A stretch of 64,000 nucleotides of DNA, taken from contig NEEC01000021.1 in the NCBI GenBank assembly GCA_002189035.1, forward strand, positions 806,001 through 870,000, written 5' to 3'. Under the pieces are notes generated by a model, which saw only the letters and a program-made list of their open reading frames with translations, made no database searches and was not told where the DNA came from. Each line of letters opens with the position of its first letter. The stretch's first letter is position 1. Shown one piece after another: positions 13,927 through 29,891 of the stretch. This stretch comes from Utricularia gibba (lineage: Eukaryota > Plantae > Magnoliophyta). Made by a program: the position numbers and the translations under genes.

Positions 13927-15277
13927 GAAGTCTCAATTCCATTTCATTCCAATATTGACAAATACCTGTTAGAGAAATTGTACACAGGATCTTGGGATCC
14001 CTGGTGACATAACTAGTGGTCTCTGGGTTATCTAGGCTTCTTCAACTTCATGCAATCCCTTGCTTGAAATTTGCATCAGTAGTGCCTCTCCCTTAGCCTC
14101 AGTGTACGTTTTGTTGTTGTATCCCAACATGATGGATGATCTGTGCCCATGTTTCAGTAAGTTTATATGTAGCTTATTTGAAGTGGTGCCATCATAGAAT
14201 GCTTTGGTTGATGACTCCTTGGGTCTGCAAACAAAAGAGACTTCTGTTGATGGATTGTAGGGATTGATTCAGTTGAGAATTTAGAAACTTCAATTTGTTT
14301 AGTTGGTGGGGTTAAGAGGGTTTAAAATATAGATATTAAATTATGTTGCTTGATTTTAAATAAATTTAGAATTGATAGATTTTTTTTTAAAATTATCTTT
14401 TAGGAATTGATAGCCATTAATTGAAGATTTAGTATTTGTTTGGTATAGTTTTTGAAAGACATTTTTTGAGAAATCTTTAGAAGTTTGATTTTGCATCTTC
14501 TTAAAAATAACCAGTGTTTTCTAGATTTTTAAATTTTTGGAATAGAATATATTTTATATTTGATAACAAAATTGTTTGTAAATTATTTTTCAAAAATCGA
14601 AAATGTATAAAACATTTCGAATTAAATATTTTAAAATTCAACTTTTAGATGGATATTGTTAAAACAATTCAATTTATAAAATATTTGTGTTTAAATAAAT
14701 AAATAAATATATATGTATATATATCAAATATAATATTATTTAAAAATATATACTCAAAAAATATATATCAGATAAATTTTAATTTAACCACATAATACAT
14801 ATTTATCTAGATATAAATAATTCCAATACATTATTAATTATAATATCATATCAAAAAACACTCTAAAATTTCATGGTAATCAAATGTAGAAAAACTTGAC
14901 AAAAATAAAATAAAATATAAAATCAAAGGATTATGAAATATAATAAATCAAGTAGGTATCATTTGGTGGATATTCAGTGTAAATTATAAATGATCATAGA
15001 AAACTCATTTAATAATTATGTTTTAAAAATAAATATTTTTCTTTTTTAATAATATTCTTTTTTCGTTAAAACCAAGGAATATTTGAGTTTCAAATTGCTA
15101 AATAGGGAGTGGGGCATCTGTTTACATCGTCGTCGTTCTAATTTACATTGGGCTTCGACCATCGTCTTCATCAGCCCAACGAAGCGATCTGCTCTTAAAC
15201 CCTGAATCAAAGGAGGCTGAAGCTGTCCCCTTGCTCACCTTGATCCCTACCTTTATAGCTCTGCTCCTCCCTGCGAA

Positions 15278-17908
<2,631 letters not shown>

Positions 17909-18847
17909 GATACTTCGCTGCGTAGCTCTGTAGTAGTTTATCCTCCCTTCTCAGGTCATCTCAAAGGTAGAGAACCAGGTGATTCTTGAGTTCTTTGGAT
18001 GATTTTCCAGGCAGCATAAGAGAAAACTGTCCGGAGATGTAAACACAGCTCACTGGATTATGCACGTGCTTGAAAAATTCCAATTTTATTAATATTTATT
18101 TTTAATTAATTTTGATTTTAGGAGTTTTTAATAATCAATTTTTCAAATTTTTTGTGGATATATAATCACCTTTTTTATTATATGTTAAAAATTAGTTTTA
18201 AATAAAGGAGAAAATAAAGTGTGTATTGAGATATGAATACTATATTTTTATTCTTTAGATAATAATACTATGTAAATAATTATAATTATAATTTATATTT
18301 AATTTATTTGTTTCAATTTTCTCGCCTTTCTCATTCTAAGTTAAAATATGAAAATTATTTTAAAATTTAGGATAAAATACAATTTATGAATAAGTATTAA
18401 AATCATAATTTTAAATACATCTTAAAAATAAATCTATTTAATTATTTAATTTTTAGGGACATCCGGTTATGGACACGTGGATTTGAGTGATTGGGTATCG
18501 CTTTTTTAATGTGTGAAACGTTTTTTTTTTTTTTTTCAGTAATATGTGATTTGAGTGCGTTTGGGTAAATTTTCTAGATGTTTCTCTCCCCCTCCCCTCC
18601 ACCGTCGCGAAGAGGCTGCCGTGTATCGGAACCCTAATAGGATCTTAGCGAGTGCCCAATTCCCACACCTGATTCTAATTCAAGTTTGTAATCTTTGTGT
18701 TTTGGGGTATCGCGATCGAAAACCCTAATTGCGTATTCAATTCGTCGGGGTTTGATCCAGATCCGGCGTTGTTTTTGTGGGTTGTATCGCGTCTTTCACA
18801 GTTTTTTGTGATACCCATAATCGGGTGTAAATTGAAACTTGATTTGG

Positions 18848-20865
18848 ATGGATAGGGTTTGTAGGGAGGCGGGGCCTTGTTTTGTGCCGGAGTCACCTTC
18901 TTCTCCAATGGTTACGACATCGACAGCGATAGCGAATACGGTGAACGGATCTCATGATTTTAGGATTATGGGGTACTCTATGTCGAAGGGAATGGGAATT
19001 GGAAAGTACGTCGCATCCGACACGTTTATGGTAGGTGGGCATGAATGGGCGATCTATTTCTATCCGGATGGGAAAAGCGAGGAAGATAATGCGACATATG
19101 TCTCTCTTTTCATTGCTTTGGCAAGTGAGGGCACAGATGTGAGGGCGCTTTTCGAATTAAGCCTTCTGGATCAGAGTGGGAGGGGGAGGCATAAGGTTCA
19201 TAGCCATTTTGGCCGGACATTAGAAAGCGGACCTTATACACTTAAGTGCAGGGGAAGCATGTGGTAAGCTTATTATGATCTAATACATTGACATCTTTTA
19301 TCTGGAGGTGTAGATGCGAACCATGATGGATGATTATGATATATGTTCCCATATGCAAAGTATTCCGTGTGTTGTCAGGGTTGTTTGTAGGACATGCGCA
19401 GTGCTTTTAAGTTCTGAATATATTGTTTTAACGACAGGGGATACAAAAGATTCTTTAAACGAGCCAATTTGGAAGGTTCTGATTACCTAAAGGACGATTG
19501 CCTTCATGTGCATTGCTGCGTTGGTGTTGTTAAATCGCACACTGAGGGACCTAAGGTCTACTCCATACCATACCCGCCATCAGATATCGGTCAGCATTTT
19601 GGCCAGTTGCTTGAGAGTGGAGAAGGAACTGATATAGTTTTCGAAGTTGATGGTGAGACCTTTCCAGCCCACAAGTTGGTTATTGCTGCCCGATCCCCTG
19701 TTTTCAGAGCTCAGTTATATGGGCCAATGAAGGATCAGAATACCCAACTTGTGAAGGTTGAAGATATGGAGGCACCTGTTTTTAAGGTATTTTGAGTTAT
19801 TTGAATTCTTGATTGGGAAATCAACTTTGGGTTGACTACAAAATTTTCTGATGTTATCTTTGTTGAAAGTCGAGGTTAGGGGCCCTATAAAATATTGGCT
19901 CACATTGAGTGGCTTGAATTCAAGCCGATTTGTTCATACCATGTCTCTTATGAGGAGTGTTCTCCCCACATCATTAATCGATGTGTGAACTTTTTCAATC
20001 AACATCCCTGATGTGGTTTCAATAGCTCGGTTGTCGCTTTGTTTCTAGTGTTGTAGCATCACTGAGGAAATGACAATAATAATCACTGAGGAAATGAGCA
20101 GCACTTAGGAGTAAAGCTTGAATTTTAATTTTATTAGGTGTCGATGCTAGGATGGGTTTTTTTCTAGAATGTCAATAACATCATGTCATTTTATATTTTT
20201 ATGGGTGGAGTGAAGAAATTCTTGGTTGTTTCTTTCTAATCCATTCTCAGAGTGTAGCCTTTTGTTCCTTCTCTTGTAGGCTCTACTCCACTTTATGTAC
20301 TGGGATGCGCTGCCAGACATGGCAAGGCTCACTGGATCAAACTCAAAATGGGCTTCAACCCTGATTTCTCAGCATTTACTTGCAGCCGCTGATCGTTACG
20401 GTTTAGACAGACTAAGACTGCTTTGTGAGGCAACCCTTTGTGAGCAAGTTGCTATAAACACCGTTGCCACGACACTAGCCCTGGCAGAGCAGCACCACTG
20501 TTTTCAGTTGAAATCAGTTTGCCTCAAGTTTGTGGCGATGCCTGAAAATCTCAGAGGTAATCCTTGCAGCTTCTATCAAACCAAAAAAACACTTAACTAT
20601 CCTCACCCTCTAGCTTCATCTTGTTGGAAACAACAAATCTATTCAAATCAACTGAGCAGTGTAGCTGTTTTCCTCTCTCATTGCAGCTGTGATGCAGTCG
20701 GATGGCTTTGAATACTTGAAAGAAAGCTGCCCCAATGTCCTGACAGAATTACTGGAGCACGTAGCCAGAGTGAGCGAGCACTCCTCAGCAACCGGTAAGC
20801 AAGGAGTAGGAGACCTGATGGACAGAATCGAAGGCAACAGTCGACGTGTGAAGCAAAGGCTGTAG
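18848..20865 (+). CDS. BPM: BTB/POZ-MATH domain protein (BPM), 4 exons (18848-19263, 19438-19786, 20281-20557, 20687-20865)
   Basis: MATH domain [46 protein letters not shown] and BTB domain [33 protein letters not shown]. The paralogue number is not assignable. Confidence 0.93.
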
Positions 20866-21229
20866 CAGCTCCTCCTTGTTAATGACTGATGGTATCATCT
20901 GGCTTCCCATTGAATTCATCTGATCAGGATGTAGGTGTACATGTGCAACCCTGTAATGTCTTCTGCCTCCCATGAAGAATACACTTTGTATGGTTTTTGT
21001 ATCATTTGGCGCCTGTGATAACTCTTCTTGTACTCTTCACTGGGCAACTCCAGCATAAGTCTGTGGGTGATTGCCGTGCGTGTCCTCCGCGTCCGTACTG
21101 ACACGGGATGTGTCGCAACCCAAACCCAAATACGCCCAGACAAATCCCAAGTAAAAGATACGTGTGTATTAGAAAAAATAACCACTGTATTTTTAGTGTG
21201 TGAGAAAAATGGCTAACTTATGTGTAAAA

Positions 21230-21810
21230 ATCATAAGGTTATGGGCACTTATTATGAAAATATTCCAATTGTTATGTATTAAAATTTTGAATTTCTAACG
21301 AACTACAAATTATGTTATCGTTTTTTTAAAATGTAATTCTATTAAAAAGTTTTAATTCTATTAATATAAATAATATATATCATAATTAAAATAAAATATA
21401 TTTTATATGAAATTTACATGATTAAGTTTTACTTAATCAAAATTTAAGATAATTGTGTATAATTATGTAATAAGTTATTAATTGAGAACATGGAGATTAA
21501 ATTATCAAATAAAATATAATATAGAATACATATATTATTTTTCACTTTTCTCAAAAAATGAAATAATTAATAAATAATAAATTATAAATTATCATATTTA
21601 TTATATATGTATATGTAATAATATAATACGAAATAAGATTACATGAATATTTGTAAATAATTGATAAATATTATTGCATTATTGGTGAGAATCTTGAGAA
21701 TAATATTATCATTTTAATATATACATAATAAGATAGTACAAAATATAACAAAATGTGTATTTTTAGAATATTATTTTTTTAAAGTTGGGCCTCTAAATTG
21801 TATAAAAGGA
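21230..21810 (+). promoter_or_regulatory. AT-rich upstream module ending in TTGGGCC...TATAAAAG (TATA 21801-21808); related copies precede each fold-back locus
   Basis: Homologous blocks at about 25300-25750, 27350-28045 and 31367-32295 each end in a TGTATAAAAGG box immediately before the hairpin (TATA at 25740, 28037, 32286). Promoter function is inferred. Confidence 0.55.
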
Positions 21811-22738
21811 CTCCTCCATGGTACTACAATTTACACGAGTCAAATGTATTGTACACTGCACGCTCTTGGCGCTGGTCACGATGGCCATTTGCTCCAACCT
21901 CGGGAATCACCTTCCAACACTTTCTCCGGTGGGTGGCAGCGTCCATCATGGCAACGGCGACAAGGAGGAGTACGGTGCAGGCATCAGGAAGAAAAGGGCG
22001 ATAGGAACGATAGAGCTGCAAGAAGCTCAGAGGCATGAATTACGTATTTGATGGGCGATTCAATCCATTGAAGCAGAAGCTCCTGGTTTTTAAGGATCAG
22101 CAGGTGAATGAAACACAGAACAATGAAACAGCGCATGGGGGGAGATGGAAAGGGATCCTTGCGTTTGATTTGGTAGCTCACAAACAATACAGAAAGCAGT
22201 ATCAATACTGCGAGATTGAGCCGAGAATCATCCATCTTCTCCACGAGGAGAAGAGAAGACAGGAGGCATTTATCAGAGGATTAGAATCTGTCAATCTTCT
22301 GTGATGAATGCCTGGCTCATTCTTGCACTACTGATACTGCTTCCAGTGTTGTTGGTTAGCTACCAAATCCAAGGTGAAAATCCTTTCCATCTCCTCACCA
22401 TGCGCTTCTTCATTCTTCTGCGTTTTATTCATGTGGTGATCTGTAAAAATCAGTAGCTTCGGCTCCAATGGATCGGATCGTAAATCAAGTACGTAATTCA
22501 GGCGTCGGAGCTTCTTACAGCTCTATATTTCGTATCGCTCTTTCTTCCTAATAGCTGCTCCTTACTCCCCCTTGCTGCCGTTCCCATGATGACTGCCGTC
22601 ACCTGCTGGAGACAAGTATTGGAAGGTGCAACCCGAGGTCGATCAAAATGGCGATCGTCATCAACGCCACGAGTGTGTAATGTGCAATAACATTTCACTC
22701 ATGTAAATTGTAATATCGAGAGCCCTTTTATACAATTT
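21795..22738. repeat. Fold-back locus HP1: imperfect inverted repeat, arms about 21795-22232 and 22303-22738, loop about 70 nt
   Basis: Begins aaattgtataaaagg and ends ccttttatacaattt. The arms align colinearly along their whole length (roughly 75-80% by eye). Both arms are disrupted copies of a small membrane-protein ORF. Confidence 0.92.
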
Positions 22739-22740
22739 CT

Positions 22741-24780
22741 ATATGCTTCCTTTTAGCATGGAAGACCATATTTACTGTGAGATGAAGTGCATTCAAATTG
22801 TCGCAATGTAGTATCGGTGTGCAATTCAGATTGACCTTCAATTCTTTTAGAACAAACTGCAGCCAGATTACCTCTATTACTGTGTGTCATTGCTCTATAT
22901 TCCGCTTCAGTGTTAGATTTTGATACAGTTTGCTGCTTCTTTAAACACCAGGAGATCGAATTTGTACTAAGAAACACACAATATCTAGTGTTCGAGCATC
23001 TTGTGAGAGGGCAACTAGTCTAGTCTGCATCTGAGTACACCTCAAGACATAACTATGAGTCTCGTTAATATAGGAGTTCAAGATTCAATGTCTCTTTGAC
23101 ATAGCGTAAAATCCGATTGGCTTGAATTTAATGGTGTATAGTCGGGTCTTGCATAAACTGTGACACATAATTCATACTGTATGTGATATTTGGTCGTATG
23201 AATGTGAGATATTGTAGGACTCCAACCAATGCCCTGAAAGGTATTGGATCCTTGAGTTTCCTTTCCTCTTGAGTGATTTTGAACTTCAATACTTGTGACA
23301 TCACCACAGACTTGCAATCTTTTAATTCAAATCTGTCCAAAATGAAATGAGCATAGTGAGTTTGTGTTAGATGAAGACCTTGCTTAGAGTATGTCACTTG
23401 CATTCCAAGAAAATAATGCAATGGTCCAAGGTCGTTCATGGCAAATTCAGAGGACAATTTTTCAATGAGGTCATGTATGAGATGGGGAGCTATACATGTG
23501 ACAATGATAATATCAACATAAAGAAACAATACTAATGTTTCATTCCCTATATGAGCCACAAATAGTGAGAGATCAACAAAGGTGTGTGAAAAGCCTAACT
23601 GCAAGATAAACAAGCTAAACTTGCCAAACATGTGTCGAAAAGTTTTTATCTTTCATATATGGTGGTTATTTCATATATATATCTTCTTGAGTTTCACCAT
23701 ACAAAAAGGCATTTTTGATATCAAGTTGTATTATTTCTCAATTGTTGGCAAGTGCAATAGAAACACGAAGTCGGATCATACATGGTTGCACAACAAGTGA
23801 AAATGTGTTTTTGTAATTAATTCCATCAACCTGATTATACCTCTTGGTGATGTGTCTAGCCTTCAAACAATCAAAAGTTGCATCTGGGTTCAGCTTTGTT
23901 TTATAGATCCATTGGCACCTAATCACACGCATTCCCTCAACACATGGAACTAGAGTCCATGTGTTATTTTTTTTAAGTGCATCCATTTCATCATTCATGT
24001 AGCCCTTCCATCCTGGATGATTAAGTTCCTTTCGAAGCGTTCTGGGTTATGATGAAATAGAATAATGTCATTTCACATGGAAAGTATACTTCATATTCGA
24101 TTTGAGGATGCCAACTTGAGACCTTGTTGTCATAGAATGTGTTCTCTATACAGGAATGTCAAATAAGGAGAATGTAAAGACGGACCTAGGGGTGTTTGAT
24201 CAATTGTAGCACCTTGTTCACCTTCCTCAATTTCCACTGTGGCAGGAGAAAGGGAATTGTCATCATGAATGTCATCGTTGTGCATCCTAGCACTTATCTC
24301 CCCTGGATTAGATTCACCTTAAAGAGTGTGACCAGAATCATTTTTGGGCTCTCCAAGGCTAACACAATTCATAACATCACAAGTCTCCCCTGGAGCACTG
24401 TTACTGCCATCGTTGAGCTCTCCTAAATGATGACTACTGTTGTGACCTGTCTCCCTGTGAATTGAGGCCAGGGGTGGGACTTTGCAGTGTACCACTATCG
24501 GTGAGTTTAGGAGCAACAGATAGTGGAGGAACCACAATAGCACCCCTGAAACCAGCGGGTTCAAGGGCTGTCGACATGGGCAGGCTGGGGCCTGGAGATG
24601 CCTCATCGCAAACAGATGGATCCGGGGGAAAGTTTAGAGGTCCAACCGGTTCCGAACCGTACGATTTTGATTCGGAACCGCATGATTTCAGCGAACTGTT
24701 GTTTCCAAAATCACAGGTCACTATGGACCATGGTTTAGGTTTTTATTTGGTTCAAAATTGGAATTGATAATCTTGAATCA
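22741..24780 (-). mobile_element. Degenerate Ty1/Copia remnant (RT and part of RNase H; gag/integrase and LTRs not recognisable)
   Basis: Minus-strand frames give MNDEMDALKKNNTWTLVP...CQWIYKTK, LFLYVDIIIVT...FAMNDLGPLHYFLGMQV, LQYLTFIRPNITYSMNYVSQFMQDP and KKQQTVSKSNTEAEYRAM...[23 protein letters not shown], with frameshifts and stops. Confidence 0.9.
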
Positions 24781-25759
24781 AACCGTAACTTGAACTAATT
24801 TATTACTGTTTAAATGCGTTTCTCAAACACCCACATGAATCATTGGGTGTATCACTATGAAGTTTTAATATTTTTTAATTTTATATGTTTTTATATTAAT
24901 AAATGATATATTTAACAATATTAATTTTCATATTTTACTGGATATATTATATGATATTCTATGTTAATTTATAAAATACATTAATTTAAATTAATTTATA
25001 AAATACTCAAATAAATTATAATCAAAATCAATATAATTTATAATTTAAATAAATAAAATAAATGATAAAATTATCAATAATTGAAAATATATATGATAAA
25101 ATAAAATTGAATTGAATGGACTGATAGATGGACCCGAAGGCAAGGCTTGGGCCTACGACCATAGTTCAAAAACACGAGTAACATCAGTGGGAGGAGATGA
25201 GGCGTCAAGCAGTGGTTTAAAAATCATAGGAGATATGTTTTTAATTGGCAATCCATCTAGGTGATTTGAGATTTAAAAGTAATGGAGAAGTTATATTAAT
25301 ATAAATAATATCTATAAAAAATCAATAAAAAAATTATTTATACGAAATTTACACAATTAAGTTTTATTTAATCAGAATTTAAGATAATTGTGTATAATTA
25401 TGTAATAAGTTATTAGTTTGGAACATGGAGATTAAATAATCAAATATATAATATAATATAATATAAATATATTATTTTTCAATTTTCTCAAAAAAATGGG
25501 AGTAAAAAATAATTAATAATTAAGTGAATTATCATATTTATTTTTTTATATGTGTAATAAGATAATACGAAATAAGATTACATGAATATTTTTCAATAAT
25601 TGATGAATATTATTGAATTATTGGTGAGAATCTTCAGAGTAATATTTTCATTTTAATATGTACATAATAAGATAATACAAAATATGACTAAATGTATATT
25701 TTTAGAATATTATTTTTTTAAAGTTGGGCCTCTAAATTGTATAAAAGGACTCTCCATAT

Positions 25760-26586
25760 TACAATTTACATGAGTCAAATGTGTTATACATTGCACGCAC
25801 GTGGCGTTGGTCATGATGACCATTTGCTCCAACCTCGGGAATCACCTTCCAACACTTTCTCCGGTGGGTGGCAGCATCCATCACGGCAATGGCGACAGGG
25901 GGAGTACGGCGCAGGTATCAGGAAGTAAGAGGGAAATGAACGCTAGAGCTGTGAGAAGCTCAGAGGCTTGAATTACGGATTTCATGGGCGATCCAATCCA
26001 TTGAAGCAGAAGCTCCTGGTTTTTAAGGATCAGCAGGTGAACGAAACACAGAACGACGAAGCAGCACATGGGGGGAGATGGAAAGGGATCCTTGCGTCTG
26101 ATTTGGTAGCTCACCAACAACACTGGAAGCAGTATCATTGGTGCGAGGTTGAGCCAAGAATCTTCCATCTTCTCCACAAGGAGAAGAGAAGACTGGAGGT
26201 ATTTATCAGGGGATTAGAATCTCTCAATCTTCTGTGGTGAATACCTGGCTCATTCTCGCACTACTGATACTGCTTCCAGTGTTGCTGGTGAGCTACCAAA
26301 TCTAAGCCGACTATCCTTTCCATCTTCCCCATGCGCTTCTTCATTCTTCTGCTTTTTATTCATGTGGTGATCTGTAAACATCAGGAGCTTCGGCTCCAAT
26401 GGATCGGTTCATCCATCGAGACTGTAATTCAGGCGTCGAATCTTCTCACAGATCTAGCCTTCGTATCGCTCTTTCTTCCTGATAGCTGCTCCTTACTCCC
26501 CCTTGTCGCCGTTTCCATGATGGCCGCCGCCACCTGTTGGAGACGAGTGTGTGATGTGTAGTAACATTTCACTCATGTAAATTGTA
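25760..26586. repeat. Fold-back locus HP2: paralogue of HP1, loop about 26166-26236; right arm has a 57-bp deletion and lacks the inverted TATA
   Basis: tacaatttacatgag (25760) pairs with ctcatgtaaattgta (ends 26586). Left and right arms closely match those of HP1. Confidence 0.9.
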
Positions 26587-28005
26587 CCGTTTTTGATGTA
26601 TTTATATATGTGTTGTTAGGAATATATTATATGGTAAAATGTTATGTTATGTATGTAATTGTTGTAAAAATAGGTTAAATTTGCAATAATTGAACTCAAA
26701 AATCTAATGTTTCTTTTTAATGTATTTCTAAATTTTAACAGAATAAAAGTTAATATTAGCATTACATTTTTCGCGTTGATAAGTAAAAAGAACATAAAAA
26801 TTGTGGAAAATTGGTTTTAATGTAAATTAATTGCTTTTTAAATATTTTTTTAAAAAATCATATTATAAAAATATTTGTAAATAATTGCTGAATATTGTTT
26901 TTTATATGAATATGATGGTTTAGAATATAATTATCATGTTCATATAACTCAGGCTTTGATTACAATCCCCAAGTTGCTGAATCTAGGATCCAAGGCAAAT
27001 CTAGTTGAGGTTAAGAGACCCCCTCCATCATCGCCAATAAAAGCAACTCTGTGATCTGTAATACTAGTTTTCTGCATCGAACCTCGTATAGTATGCCAAG
27101 AGTTCCTTATGTGTAATTATGATGTTCCGCCTCATATAAGAGTGGAAGTATTTTAAACGAATTCTACATCGATTATAAATATGAGAGAAAATAAAATAAA
27201 ATAGAATGATCATATAAATCTTACATTAGATTTTTTCTTCAACATAACAAATGACCATTAATAGTAACTCTTAAATTAGACGTGTTTGAACTAAAATAAA
27301 GTGAAGATGGATAATCTTTTGGGAATTTCAAACAAACTGCAAATTATTTCATATTTTTTTAAAATGTAATTCAATTAAAAAGTTTTAATTAAATTATTAT
27401 AATTTATAAAATATATTATTATTTTTTAATAATTCACTACCATCGCAGAACCCTAATAGCGTATTACATATTCATATAACATCGTGTTATACATGTACAT
27501 GGAGATTTTATTTTCATTGGTACTCCATTTTACGTGATTCGAAATTTAAAAATAATAGAGAAATTATATTAATATAAATAATGTATGTTTAAAATTAAGT
27601 AAAATATAATTTATATTAAATTTAAATAATTTTAAGTTTTAACTTAATCAGAATTTAATATAATTGTGTATAATTATGTAATAAGTTATTCGCTCGGAAC
27701 ATGAAAATTAAATCATCAAAAATATAATAAAATATAGAATAAATATATTATTTTTCAATTTTTTAAAAAAAATGGGAGTAAAAAATAATTAACATTTAAG
27801 TGAATTATCATATTTATTATATATATGTGTGTAATAAGATAATACGAAATAAGATTACATGAATATCCGTAAATACTTAACAATTAACTGAATTATCATA
27901 TTTATTATGGTATTATATGAATGTAATGGCGGTGGGAATCTTGGGAATAATATTATCATTTTAATATGTACATAATAAGTTAATACAAAATATGAGTAAA
28001 TGTAG

Positions 28006-28915
28006 ATTTTTATAATATGAATTTTTTTATAAACTGTATAAAAGGACTCCCGGACTGTACAATATACAGTATTCTAATTGTATTATACAATAGACACCCT
28101 TGCAGGCGTTGGTGATGCTGGTGGTTCCACCTCACGTCGTAGGATGGGGCCCATTTTTCTCCATCCCCAGGATACACCAACCAGCACCTGTCTCCAGTGG
28201 GCGGCACCCATCGAACGGCGGCAAGGGGGAGGAAGACCCATGTCTGAGGAAGAAATAGGGTTAGGAAGGACACAGCTCTAACAAGCTCGGAAGGTTATTA
28301 TAATAAACATGGATCATATTACAAAAGATTAGAATCAATCGATTATTATTGAAACCTCCAAGTTTCTTACAGCTCTGTCATTCCTAACACTCTTTCTTCC
28401 TTATACCTCCCCCGTGGCGCCATTTCCATGATGGCTGCCACCGACTGGAGACAAGTGCTGGATGGTGCAGCCCGGGGATGGAGAAAAATGGGCAACATCC
28501 TACGACCACCCGCATCACCAGCGCCTGCAAGAGTGTCTAATGTATAATACAATTAGAATACCGTATACCGTACACTTTAGGGTGTGTTTGGTTTAACGGA
28601 ATGGGATAAAATGGGTTTAGTATACTTGAGTTTAAATAAAGTTGATGTATTGGGATTATTTTTTTAAGTAGTATTCAGTTATTGGAATTAACAATGAGAT
28701 TAAGTGGTTTTAAATAAAAGAAGGGAGGAATGTGGTTTTTAAATAAATCTATATAATTTTAGATTTATTTAAACCTATCAATTAAACACTTTATAATTCA
28801 TAATCCTAATTTTAAACCCATGTAATCCCATAAACCAAATATACTCTTACAGTACATGTCATTTTATACAATTTAGAGGCTCCACTATAAAAAAAAAATC
28901 ATATTATAAAATATT
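28006..28915. repeat. Fold-back locus HP3: short hairpin 28057-28573, with the outer part of the right arm displaced by a MITE
   Basis: gtattctaattgtattatacaatagacac pairs with gtgtctaatgtataatacaattagaatac (1 mismatch in 29). Loop about 28307-28342. The inverted TATA/flank resumes after 28849. Confidence 0.9.
28580..28846. mobile_element. Tourist-like (PIF/Harbinger) MITE, 267 bp
   Basis: Imperfect TIRs gggtgtgtttggttta / taaaccaaatatactc, TTA target-site duplication at 28577-28579 and 28847-28849, AT-rich non-coding interior. Confidence 0.85.
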
Positions 28916-29233
28916 TATAAATAAATGCTGAATATTATTTTGTTATGTGAATATGGTGCATTCGGAATGTAATTATCATATTCATATATTAAATGAATAA
29001 TTGTAAATAATTGGTGAATATTATTATTTTCTTTTGCATGAATATGATAGTGGTGCCTATACATCTCTGGTACCTGGGATCCCCGGTTCAGAATGTTGGG
29101 GATCCTGCTCTAGCTCGAGCTCAACTTTCGAGCAGTTCTCTCTCCTCACAAAAATGTCTGATCCAAGGCGAACCTTCTGGAGGTTTCGAGACCCCTCCAT
29201 CATCACCAACAAAGCAACTCTGTGATGTGTTTG

Positions 29234-29891
29234 CTCCATCATCACAAAACTTCGTACATCTTTTGTGTTTGCTCAAAATTATAGAGTGTGTCCAACAGCT
29301 TCTCATGATTGTAGACAGTGAGCAATCATGTGGCAGACAGCGTTCCGATATATGATCTATAGTGCTTCCCACACACTTGATAACCTTGTCCTTTACATGC
29401 CCATCATCCACTGCCTGACCCAATTTCCTCAGCCGCTTCACCATTGTGTTCACACAAGAGGTTAGATCACCCATGGATTCACCATTTTCTAAAAACAAAT
29501 TGTCCAGTATGTGCCATTGCTTGTCTATCTCTTTCTGCCTCTTTTCTATTGTCATGGCATGATTTTTTATTAGGATATTCCATGCCTTTTTGGGAGATCT
29601 GCACCCTAGGATGAGGTCATATGCTTCATCAACAACTGCCAATGTTAAGGCATGCATTGCTTTCTTTTTCTTCTTTTTGAGCTTCTTGTCAGCCGCACAA
29701 TCTATTTTTGAAGATCATGATTTTTTTTCTTTTGATTGAGCAGTGTCTGCTTGATCTTCTTCACCATGGTCTGCAAATAGGTTCCAAAGATCTAAGTTGT
29801 CCAGATGAACAGACATTTTGACGCCCCAGGCGTCATAGTCCCCTTTTCCATCAAACATAGGAGGAGGTATAAAATAAGGAGCAGAAGCCAT
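29234..29891 (-). pseudogene. Copia gag-like (DUF4219 plus UBN2-type) coding fragment with one in-frame stop, truncated at its 3' end
   Basis: MASAPYFIPPPMFDGKGDYDAWGVKMSVHLDNLDLW, then in the same frame after a TGA (29717-29715) KKAMHALTLAVVDEAYDLILGCRSPKKAWNIL...LENGESMGDLTSCVNTMVKRLRKLG. It fuses to the repeat-unit block near 29233. Confidence 0.7.

Noticed and set aside
14428-14868. Possible MITE (tagtatttgtttggta ... tatcaaaaaacactcta)
   Set aside because: Terminal repeats are too degenerate and no clear TSD in very AT-rich DNA.
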